Positions 53,539 to 62,624 of a DNA stretch of 64,000 nt are shown piece by piece; the stretch's first letter is position 1, and each line of letters begins with the position of its first letter. The position numbers and the translations under genes are program-made. Location of the stretch: the NCBI GenBank assembly GCA_002104905.1, contig MCFE01000445.1, positions 9,746 to 73,745 of the forward strand, written 5' to 3'. Under the pieces are notes generated by a model that had not been told where the DNA came from, ran no database searches, and saw only the letters and a list, made by a program, of their open reading frames with translations. Origin of the DNA: Basidiobolus meristosporus CBS 931.73 (taxonomy: Eukaryota > Fungi > Basidiobolomycota).

Positions 53539-54474
53539 ATGCCACAAAAGATCCTCGTCGTCTTTGGAGCCACCGGCCAGCAAGGTGGCTCTGTGGTTGA
53601 CTACGTACTCAACGACCCAGATCTCTCTCGCCAGTTCAAAGTCCGGGCCATTACTCGTGACGCCTCCAAGCCAGCTGCACAAGCTCTCGTTTCTAAGGGT
53701 GCTCAGGTAGTCGAAGCCGATGTGGATGATAGCGCAGCTGTCCAAAATGCACTCCAAGGTGCTCACACTGTCTTCTCCGTCACTTTGACCGTCTATGATG
53801 ATAAACTCCGTGATCGCGAACTGACTCAAGGAAAGTGGATTGGTGACGCAGCAGTTCAAGCCGGAGCTCAATACCTGATCTATAGCACTTTGCCACATGC
53901 CACAGCCTTGACTCATGGCAAGTACAAATACCTGGGCCATTTCGATGTCAAGTATGATATTGAACAGTACATTCGTACCCTGCCCATCAAATCTGCCTTC
54001 TTTGCCCCGGGATCATTCATGCAAAATTATGTCACTGCGATGGCCCCTCGCCCTGTAGGTGATGGCAGCTATGCATTGTCTAGTATAGCATCTAAGGACT
54101 CTCTGGTGCCCCTGATTGAGATAGCTTCAGATACGGGCAAGTACGTGGGAGCTATCTTAGCTGAGCCCGACAAGTACGAGGGTAAAGTGTTCTCAGCCTC
54201 CACCAAGCTGTATACATATGAGCAAATTGCTGACGCGCTTAGTCACGCAACGGGAAAGCAAGTCAACTACCAACAATTGCCTAAAGAAACATTCAAGGGC
54301 TTCTTACCACCGATTTTCAAGGACTATTTTGTAGACATGTTGTCGTACATCGAGGAGTTTGGATATTATGGACCTCAGACAGAGGAGCAGGTCAAGTGGG
54401 CTGCAGAGCATGCAAGGGGCAAGGTCCTCACTTTTGAGGAGTTCCTGGCCAAGAATCCCCTCCAACTTCAATAG
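53539..54474 (+). CDS. NmrA-like NAD(P)-binding Rossmann-fold protein, intronless, 311 aa
   Basis: KILVVFGATGQQGGSVV, VRAITRD, GAHTVFSVT, QGKWIGDAA, IYSTLP, HFDVKYDIEQYIR, DTGKYVGAIL..PDKYEGK: standard NmrA signatures. Confidence 0.93.
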   Translation: MPQKILVVFGATGQQGGSVVDYVLNDPDLSRQFKVRAITRDASKPAAQALVSKGAQVVEADVDDSAAVQNALQGAHTVFSVTLTVYDDKLRDRELTQGKWIGDAAVQAGAQYLIYSTLPHATALTHGKYKYLGHFDVKYDIEQYIRTLPIKSAFFAPGSFMQNYVTAMAPRPVGDGSYALSSIASKDSLVPLIEIASDTGKYVGAILAEPDKYEGKVFSASTKLYTYEQIADALSHATGKQVNYQQLPKETFKGFLPPIFKDYFVDMLSYIEEFGYYGPQTEEQVKWAAEHARGKVLTFEEFLAKNPLQLQ

Positions 54475-55109
54475 GTCAGCCTTCTAGGAGTAAGAATTGA
54501 GAACCGTCCTCCAGGAGAATCATGACCTCATCGATCTTAGTTCACATGTGCAAAATTTTCAACAAACGCCTTGTTACTGCTCAAAATGAATCTGGTGAAG
54601 AAATGAATGTCCTTGAATAAACATATGCCATCCTATTCATCGATAATGCTACAAAAATGGGTGTCATTTGTGGGAGAACGGTCGATGAGTTTAGGCATAG
54701 TTTGATAGCACCTGGGCGCATATCAGGGAAAATTGCATGGATGACTGGTAGGGGAAGTGTATGCGATTGAAATCTAGTGAGAAAAGTATACTGGCGTATA
54801 CATTAGTTTGGTTGATCAGATTAACATTACTATGACGATTGGAGCATTTGTTCAAGGCAAGTATTTCAACCACCAACTATATTCGCTGATGTTGAACAAT
54901 TGTTGGCTATTTAATCCACAACTGCAAGGACATTCTGTACATTGGCAGAAAGTTGTCCATAGGTTAAGCACAATATGATAAAGCACGAGTGACAGATTCA
55001 GTGGCATACCAGTTGAGAATAGGTGTTCTACTACTTGACCTACCTTGTGGAGCAAAATGCTTGTCTCCCTTTACAATACACTCTTCTGGACTGATACATT
55101 GTAGGAAAT

Positions 55110-55441
55110 TGTTGTAAGAGTCTTGGAGATATTGGAAGTGATTGGGAGAACAAGTAGATTATGTGGTTTTCACTTAATGATTTATTGAATGTAAAAGTAG
55201 TATTTATACTTTTACCTTGTCTTGGCATTACAAACACGTATAATAGGTTAAGGAAGGTCCCAAGAACATGTGTGCAAATTTTGGGGCTGTTTGGACAACT
55301 TATCAAATTTTCATGTTCTGGGTAAATATTCTAAGTAAATCCCAACAAGGAATTTGGTCAGTATTCTCTAGGATTTGAGGGTAATGATCTAAGTGACTAA
55401 GTTAGGTGAATATTTAGGTGGAATTCCGAATTTTTACAACA
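55110..55441 (-). mobile_element. Complete solo LTR (332 bp, short variant) of the same copia family; no TSD
   Basis: TGTTGTAAG...TTTTTACAACA is the reverse complement of the LTR. Flanks gaaat / attgt do not match. Confidence 0.93.
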
Positions 55442-55585
55442 ATTGTACCACTCTGTCTGAATCAAAATCTGCATTTCAATCTGACCTGCTTTAAATTGAT
55501 AAATATATCTGAATGTTGGGAATGTAAGCTAAAAACCCAAAATAGCCATTTCAAGATTAAAGATCTGTAGCCACATTAATCACAG

Positions 55586-56035
55586 TTAGGGGGGGGGGAC
55601 AACCACCAACTGGTGAAATCCTAATTATAGTTGAAACAAAGAAGCCAATGCTACTGTGGTAGCTTTGATTGAAGAGTGTGCAGCTGAGGTGAAGTGGCTG
55701 GTAAGTGAATAAGTATAAATGCTAGCTTCTTAGTGCTCAAGACACTGTTCAATGGCAAGGTGGGTAGCAAGAGGGGTGAGAATTACTTGTCAACAACATT
55801 AATAAGGGGTACATGATATAGATTGATACCCATCATGAAGGAAGTGTGCTGCTGCAAATATTGCTACCAAAGGTCTGTCAAGTATTTCAGATTGACCCAC
55901 TGGGGCTTTTCTGACTCAATGATATATTAAGCAAACCTCTTGACATCCAAAATCTCCAAGTATAGTTCTCCGGCAGGAGCCAGGTGTAGTGTGATGAGTT
56001 TTCTTCCAGGACTTGATCAGTGGGTTATTGCAGTG
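55586..56035 (-). mobile_element. 5'-truncated, diverged 3' fragment of LINE family A
   Basis: Aligns with the last ~450 bp of 58554-60136 (CNNPLIK.WK.THHTTPGSC.RTILGD). Ends in a 10-C tail at TTAGGG (55586). Confidence 0.88.
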
Positions 56036-56036
56036 G

Positions 56037-56110
56037 TTAGGGGGATAGAAAGCCACAACAGGTGAAATCTTTATTTCAGCTGAAACAAAGCCAGCACTGT
56101 TGTGCATCAA
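56037..56110 (-). mobile_element. Very short 3'-terminal fragment of LINE family A
   Basis: ttagggggatagaaagccacaacaggtgaaatctttatttcagctgaaacaaagccagcactgttgt matches the family A 3' UTR and end of ORF. Left junction is TTAGGG; right end approximate. Confidence 0.78.
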
Positions 56111-56477
56111 CATTTAGAACTTGGCCAATTTCACTCCATTAGAAAATCCAATACCCTAACGGATTTTCACTGACCCAAACATAACTAATCCCAGTTATAG
56201 TTTATTTTATCCCTTCTCAGAACCAATTTTTAGCTGTCACACCTGATTAATTTTCATGTGGTCATTACATACTCAACTGATCTACTAAGCCTTTCCAAGT
56301 GATTAGACTTGTTCCATTGGATAGTGCCACATAGTGCCAGCCTGTTTACAGTGCCAGATCAATCTGGTACCATCTGGCACTATAATTTCTACCATCATGC
56401 CAGTGGTAGGTTATAGTTACTGGTAATTTTACTCAATTTTACTTATGTTGCTCAGAGTAGTGCTTTTCTTGCTTTAT

Positions 56478-57362
56478 TTACCCTTCATAATGCTCCAGAC
56501 ACATTTCTCCCAGTGGATGTCTTCTTGTATGAGTATACTGTGCATTGATAAGTATCTTAACTATTTTACCTATTCTGCTGTTTTCTCCTATATATGACTT
56601 TCCTCTGTATTTACCTGCCAATATGCTGAATCTCTTCAGATATCCAAATGTATGCTCTACCCTCACTCTGAAATGATTAAATATTTCATTGTAGAGCTTC
56701 TGCTTCCTGCTAAGCACACCATTCCTTGGCTTCCTATAAGCTGTAATACATCCTAATCTCTGACAATCCTCTCCTATATAAGCTAAGTCTGCCATGCATT
56801 TCTCCCCTCTACTGAATTCTGGATGATTCTCTACCCAGAGTGCTTTGTCATGCCTACTTCCAGCAAATGGCCCACTAAACCAGATGATGTTTCCCTCAAT
56901 GTCAGACAGGGCTTGAAACTTCACAGAGTGTGCCTTGTACTTGCCAGAATAAAAGTGCCTCTGCCCTCTAGAAAGTCTGTTAATCCTGCCTGGGAAGGTA
57001 TCCAAAATACTCCTTATATGGAACCTGTTGCTGAACACTCTGGGATATGGAAGTCTATTGGAGCTTCTAAACCTAGTACTCCAAGCTTGCTCCAAGTCAT
57101 TCATACCCTCTGCAAGGTGGTTCTCCATTGCTGTCAGCAGAGAATGAAAGCTTCTAGGACATTTGTTGCCATGGATGGTGGGATGAAACCTTGTAGGGCA
57201 ATAGTTCTGGTAATAGCAGAGAAGCTTAACAAGGGATCTCCTTGAGTAGATTGGGGTAGATGGACCACAGTACTTGGTATAGATCTCCTCTAGTGTGTCA
57301 AAAGGAAATCCAGTGGTAGAGATGGGATTGATGAGAAAAGACCATTCAGATGAGTAAGTCAT
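56478..57362 (-). CDS. DDE transposase, DDE_Tnp_4 type (PIF/Harbinger-ISL2EU / IS5-like), intact 294-aa single-exon ORF
   Basis: Catalytic triad ILDTF (D), MADLAY (D), RVRVEHTFGYLK (E), plus FYSGKYKAHSVKFQ, SGPFAGSRHD and YRKPRNGVLS..QKLYN motifs. Element termini not resolved. Confidence 0.9.
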   Translation of the reverse strand: MTYSSEWSFLINPISTTGFPFDTLEEIYTKYCGPSTPIYSRRSLVKLLCYYQNYCPTRFHPTIHGNKCPRSFHSLLTAMENHLAEGMNDLEQAWSTRFRSSNRLPYPRVFSNRFHIRSILDTFPGRINRLSRGQRHFYSGKYKAHSVKFQALSDIEGNIIWFSGPFAGSRHDKALWVENHPEFSRGEKCMADLAYIGEDCQRLGCITAYRKPRNGVLSRKQKLYNEIFNHFRVRVEHTFGYLKRFSILAGKYRGKSYIGENSRIGKIVKILINAQYTHTRRHPLGEMCLEHYEG

Positions 57363-58160
57363 ATTAAGATTGGGAGGATTGCACTGAGTTGATTTGATTT
57401 GATTTAGTGCGATCAGCTTTATTTATCTGATTTTCCATGCATTATGATTAATTCTCCATCAATTGCCATGTATCCCATCATTATGTTGCAAAAATCATCC
57501 TCAAACATTGACTGGGAATTTTTATTGATGTTAGGGTGTAGGTGTTATAATAAGGGCTAGGAAAAGGTTAGAAGAGCAGGGGGTCTGGGGGACACAGCCC
57601 CCTAGAGAATAAAAAAGCAGGGGGTTTGGTGGATGCAATCCCCCATACTGCTCCCATACTCTTTAAATACCCGTTGGATTACTTTTCTCTCATTCTTGGT
57701 TCTGGTCCCTTAGGGTTAGAATTCCTCCTCCTAACCCTTATCACCCTAACCATAAATATTTTTACCCTACAATTGGCACATTGTCTGCTCATATAGTGGG
57801 CATGTCTGGGCCAATGTTTGTCTCCCTATACTGTCCATATGCTATGTATAAGTCTTGATGACTATTTAACTAATAAATTGTTATTTTTAATGTATATCTA
57901 AAAATTAATGGGATTCATCCCAATCTGACCACAATCCCATATTTTGATAAGCTTTGGGCACCATAAATTGCGCGGCCCTTATATGATCAAAAAATTCATG
58001 GCCAATACAAATTTTCTGTAACCCAATTGCTTTTACCAAATATAAAGTGTATCCCAAAGCTCAATATATATTATGGCTATAATAGACACTTTATTTGACA
58101 CCATCGCATCTACTACTTATGTTCTATGCGCACATGTATCCCGCGGGAATTGTAAAACTT

Positions 58161-58468
58161 AGCCACGTGGTACAAAAGTGCTTTTATTTTTCATCATGAT
58201 AGTTTTACATGAGTTCCTTACGCACTTTGAAAGTATGCAGTAGCCATACCCCAACAGGTTTTTAAGGATATCCACTAGCTACGTCTACTTGTGTCTAGTG
58301 GGAGCCATCAATCATCAGCCACGCAATACTGAAATGCTTTTATTTTTCATCATGCTAGTTTTGTATGAATCCCTAACGCACTTTCATAGTGCGCGGTAAC
58401 CATACCCCAACAGGTTTTAGGATACCCACTTGCTACATTTACTTGTGTCTAGCGGGAGTTATCAATCA
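58161..58468. repeat. 156-bp tandem duplication (58161-58314, 58317-58468)
   Basis: Both units read agccacg...tgcttttatttttcatcatg...ccataccccaacaggtttt...acttgtgtctag.gggag..atcaatca. Confidence 0.9.
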
Positions 58469-58471
58469 GGG

Positions 58472-58549
58472 TTAGGGGGGAGGAAAGTCACCAAGTGGTG
58501 AAATCTTTATTTACTTATGACAAGTATCTAAAGAAGCCAAGTTAATCGT
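58472..58549 (-). mobile_element. ~80-bp 3'-terminal fragment of a family-B-like LINE, flanked by AGGGTTAGGG direct repeats
   Basis: aggaaagtcaccaagtggtgaaatcttt...aaagaagccaa matches the 3' end at 60141-60215. AGGGTTAGGG at 58468-58477 and 58550-58559. Confidence 0.8.
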
Positions 58550-58553
58550 AGGG

Positions 58554-60136
58554 TTAGGGGGGGGGGAGACAGTCACCAACAGGTGAAATCTTTATTTCAG
58601 TTGAAACAAAGAAGCCAGAGCTACTGTTGTAGCTTTGATACAAGAGTGTGTAGCTGAGGGGAATTTGCAGGTAAGTTAATAAGAAGTGATGATAGTTCTT
58701 CAGTGCTCAAGACACTGTTGAGTGGGAAGGGGGGTAGCAAGAGAGGTAAGAATGACTTGTGAACAACATTAATGAGGGGAATGTGATAAGGATTGATATT
58801 CATCATAAAGGGAGTGTGCTGCTGCAGATATTGCTGCCAAAGGTCTGTCAAGTACCTCAGGTAGGCTAGCTTGGGTTTTTCTGACTGCAGAATGTAGTGA
58901 GCAAACTTCTTGACTTCAGGATCTCCAAGTATAGTTCTCCAGCAGGAGCCAGGTGTTGTGTGGTGTGTTCTCTTCCAGGCCTTAATCAGTGGGTTGTTGC
59001 AGTTGTGAAGTCTGAGGTATAATCTGGTTCTAAGGTAGAGAAGTCTGATCTTATAGGGCATAAACCTAAAAGCACCAAGAATAGCATGTCTGTAGGGGCA
59101 TTCAGGCAAATGAGGCACCAAGGAGGTAATGCACCATACTGCAAACTTGTCAAGCTTAGTGCAGTCTCTAGAAGTAAGAGAGAGAAGTGGTAAGCCAAAT
59201 TCCAGGACAGGGAAGACAAACTGCTTGAGTAGAAGGAGGCAGCTGGGAGCTGAAGTTGTAGGAGGAGTAACAGCCAGTAGCTTGTGGAGTGCCTGTCTTG
59301 CCAGGATAATTCTCTTCTTCAGGTGTGCTCCAGAGTCTAGTCCTGTAGGAAGGAAAGGAAAGCCAAGATATGTAGCAGAAGCCTGAGCAGGTAGAGTGGA
59401 GTTCTCCAAGTTGATGGGAGAGCCCAAAGGTACTGTCTTTGCAGTGGAAAGCTGGAGATTATTCTTCTGCAGATACTGGTGGATGGTCTGGGGGTCTTGT
59501 TGCACATTGGAGGAGGATATTCTGATGTCATCAGCAAAGAGAGTAACCAGGCAGTCAGCTGAGAGTCTTGGGAAATCATTCAGGAAGATGGCAAACAGTA
59601 TAGGACCAAGCACAGAGCCTTGTACCACTCCATTAGGAACTGAGAACACAGCTGATTGCTCACTTGGGTTCAGAATTCTTGCCTGTGGATCCAGAAACAG
59701 AGACCTGACAAGGAGGGTGAGAGAGATACTGGGGAAGCATTGCAACTTGGACCAAAGCAGATTTCTGTCAACTGAATCAAAGGCCTTGGTAATATCAAAC
59801 AGAACAGAGGGATACTTGCACTGGAGAGAGTGATCTTGGCTAAGTATGACTGCATATTCCAAGGAGAGGCCAGGAACAAAGCCAAACTGTGCAGGATGAA
59901 ACTTGAGGGAGTCAGAGTAGAGCTCCTGAGCAAGCAGAAGCTCAAACACCTTTCTGCAGGTGGGCAGCAGAGATATTGGCCTGTAGGAGCTAGGATCCAG
60001 GTGCTTTCCTTTACCCTTGTACAGTGGCAGAACATTTGCAAAGGACCATTCCTCAGGAGTAGAAAGCTGGGCTGAGCATTGTTGAAACAGTGGAAGCAGA
60101 AGTGCAGACATGGCCTTGGTACTAGTCTTCAGAAGC
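58554..60136 (-). mobile_element. Non-LTR retrotransposon family A, copy A1, 5'-truncated; open RT + C-terminal ORF (58621-~60136)
   Basis: RT motifs YRPISLLPTCRKVFE, QFGFVPG, FDITKAFDSVDR, GVVQGSVLGPILFAIFLND, LFADDI, YLGFP. 3' UTR ends at TTAGGG (58554). Confidence 0.95.
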
Positions 60137-62624
60137 TTAGGGGAGGGAAAGTCACCAAGTTGGTGAAATCTTTGTTTGAGTTAAGAACTAATCTAAGTAC
60201 AAATAAAGAAGCCAATTAAGAGGTCTAGAACCTCTCTAATAAGTAATCTAATTTATGTTTTGTTTCATCTCTAATGTTTGTTTCAATAAAGTAAAGCTCA
60301 TCAGGGGTAAATATAAAATTCAGGGGTTTTGGGGGAAGTACAAATTGTAGATGTTTCTGATCAATATAATCCAAGACTGGAACCCAGCCTGGGATTAGGT
60401 GTAGTAGGAAAGGTGTGTGGACTTGTAAGTAGCTCTGCCACATAGATCTTAGATGGTCCTGAGCCAGTAGTCTTGGTTTCTCAGCTTTTTGAAGTTTTGA
60501 AGCAAGCTCTGTTACTACAGCAGAGCCAACCAGGTTGTGCCAGCAAGAAGATTTTAGGGAGGAGTTAGTTTGAAGCCATTGTTTGATGGAGGGGTTATGT
60601 GATTTCTGAAGTTTGACTAGGAAGGAAGCACGGAGATAGATCATTCGGATTTGGTATGGGTAGAACCCAAAGGCTCCATTAGTTGCATGGATATAGGGAG
60701 ATACTGGAAGATAAGGTACCAAGGATCTGATACACTGATGGAGAAATTTATCCAGGCGGTGAAGCTCTCTGGAGGTTAGGGGTATAATGTGGAGACCAAA
60801 TTCAAGTACTGGCAGTACATGCTGCTTCAGAAGTATAGGGATCTTTTGAATTGGAGTGTCTGGAGTGACTACTACTAGAAGCTTTTTGAGAGCCTGTTGG
60901 GCAAGACGGATCCTATTGTTCAGGTGGAGCTTTGAGTCAATCCCATGTTGACAAAATGGCAGACCTAGATACATTGCAGTTTGTTGTGGCAGAATGCTAG
61001 TGTTCTGTATAGTTGTAGTGCACCCAATTGGGACTGTCTTGGAAATTGAGAGTGAGAGGTTGTTGGCAGCCAAGTACTTCTCAATGATGGCAGTGTCTGC
61101 TATGGGATTAGGGGTAGCAATCTTGATATCATCCGCATAGAGAGTTAGTAGTGGATAGGGAGAGTCTGGTGAGGGGCCTTTTGGAAATAAAGGAAAGTTG
61201 TGTAGGAATATCACAAATAGTAAGGGACCTAGTACAGATCATTGGACTACTCCATTTGGAACCTCATAAGTCTCTGATGTGCAACTTGGATGCAAAATTT
61301 TGGCTGAGTTCTCACAAAATAGAGAACGTACAAGAAGGGTCATTGGTAGTGTGGTAACTGCTAATAGCTTTCTCCAAAGCAGAGCTCTGTCCACAGAGTC
61401 AAAGGCTTTAGTAATGTCAAACAGAATGGTTGGCAATGAGAATTGAAGTGAATGATCATGGCTTAGCACTACAGCCATATCCAAGGAGAGTTTGGGCAAG
61501 AAGCCAAACTGAGAAGGATGGAATAGATATAGTTGAGATTGCAAGGATCTTGCAATTATAAGCTCAAAGATTTTCCGGCAGGTTGGCAGGAGTGAAACTG
61601 GCCGGTAAGAACCTGGGAGTGAGTGTTTCCCCTTCCCTTTGTATAAGGGTATTACATTTGCCTGTGACCAGGCCTTTGGGGTAGTCAATTGTTGGGCACA
61701 GATAGAGTAGAATGGGAGAAGTAAGTGACTCATTTTGGAGTAGCACACCCGGAGTAGATTGTAGGTAATCAAGTCATGTCCAGGTGCCGTATTTGCAGGA
61801 AGCTTCTTTAAAATTTTCTCCAGAAGCTTTGCTGAAATCAAAATTGGAGATGTTGGACTGCTGGATATGTTACCAGTATGGTAGAAAGGAGGAGTGGGAT
61901 GCACAGATGAATCAAAGAATATAGGGGCCAGTTTGTCTGGTGTGGTATACTCCTTGCTTGGGGTCTCATGGCTTTGTATACTCTTGATATGGACCTTGTG
62001 GTGGCATTCATATTTACTAGGGGCAAGGTATCCATGATATGAGCCCATAATCTAGTATGCTCAGTGATCTGTAGTGACTTGGAGTAGGAGATTGCGCTTT
62101 CCAGGAGGTTCTGTGTTTTTGGGTTAGGGAAACATAGGTAGCTGGAATTTAAGGCAGAAATGATGGATTTCCATTTAAGTTGGTTTGCAGATGGCTTTTG
62201 GTAGGACTTGGTGGGCAGGGCCAGACAGCCAGTGATTATGATGAAATGCTGGTAAAATAGCCATAATGCATTTACATCATCACAAATCCATGCAGGTAAG
62301 CTGGGAAATGCATATTCTGTAAGCAAGGATAGGTAGTTGGCAAAGTCCTGTGTCTGTGATACTGAAGCTTTGGCTGGCAGGATTGTAAATGGCTGAAGAA
62401 GGGTGCCAATTGGTAGGGTTTTTCTGGCAGAAATGATAATATGTATTGGCTTGTGATCAGATTTCTCTAGTGAACCACAGCTGATATCCTCTGGAATGCT
62501 TGTAACCTGGTGGATGTACTGTAAGGCAGCTGGAGTAGCTGTTACCCAGTCAACACAACGTTGAGCTTGCTGAGTGTTTACAGCGACCAGATGGTTTTGT
62601 CGGAGGAACTTTGTAAAGTGCTCC
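60137..62624 (-). mobile_element. Non-LTR retrotransposon family B, 5'-truncated within an APE-like endonuclease; decayed (frameshift ~61965, TGA at 61239-61241 in the QGS motif)
   Basis: Endonuclease C-terminal motifs VDWV...SDHKPI; APGHDLITY, YRPVSLLPTCRKIFE, FDITKAFDSVDR, GVVQ*SVLGP, LYADDIK. 3' end at TTAGGG (60137). Confidence 0.92.

Noticed and set aside
56150-57540. ACCCTAAC (56153) / GTTAGGGT (57530) as TIRs of the DDE element
   Set aside because: Only 8 bp match, adjacent bases align poorly, and there is no TSD.
57700-57760. Telomerase RNA template region
   Set aside because: Only short CCCTAA words; no support for a pseudoknot or other TER elements.
58161-58468. Hammerhead ribozyme/retrozyme or CRISPR-like array
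   Set aside because: CTGATGA occurs once, at the unit junction on the minus strand, without a stem II-GAAA core. There are only two units and no spacers.
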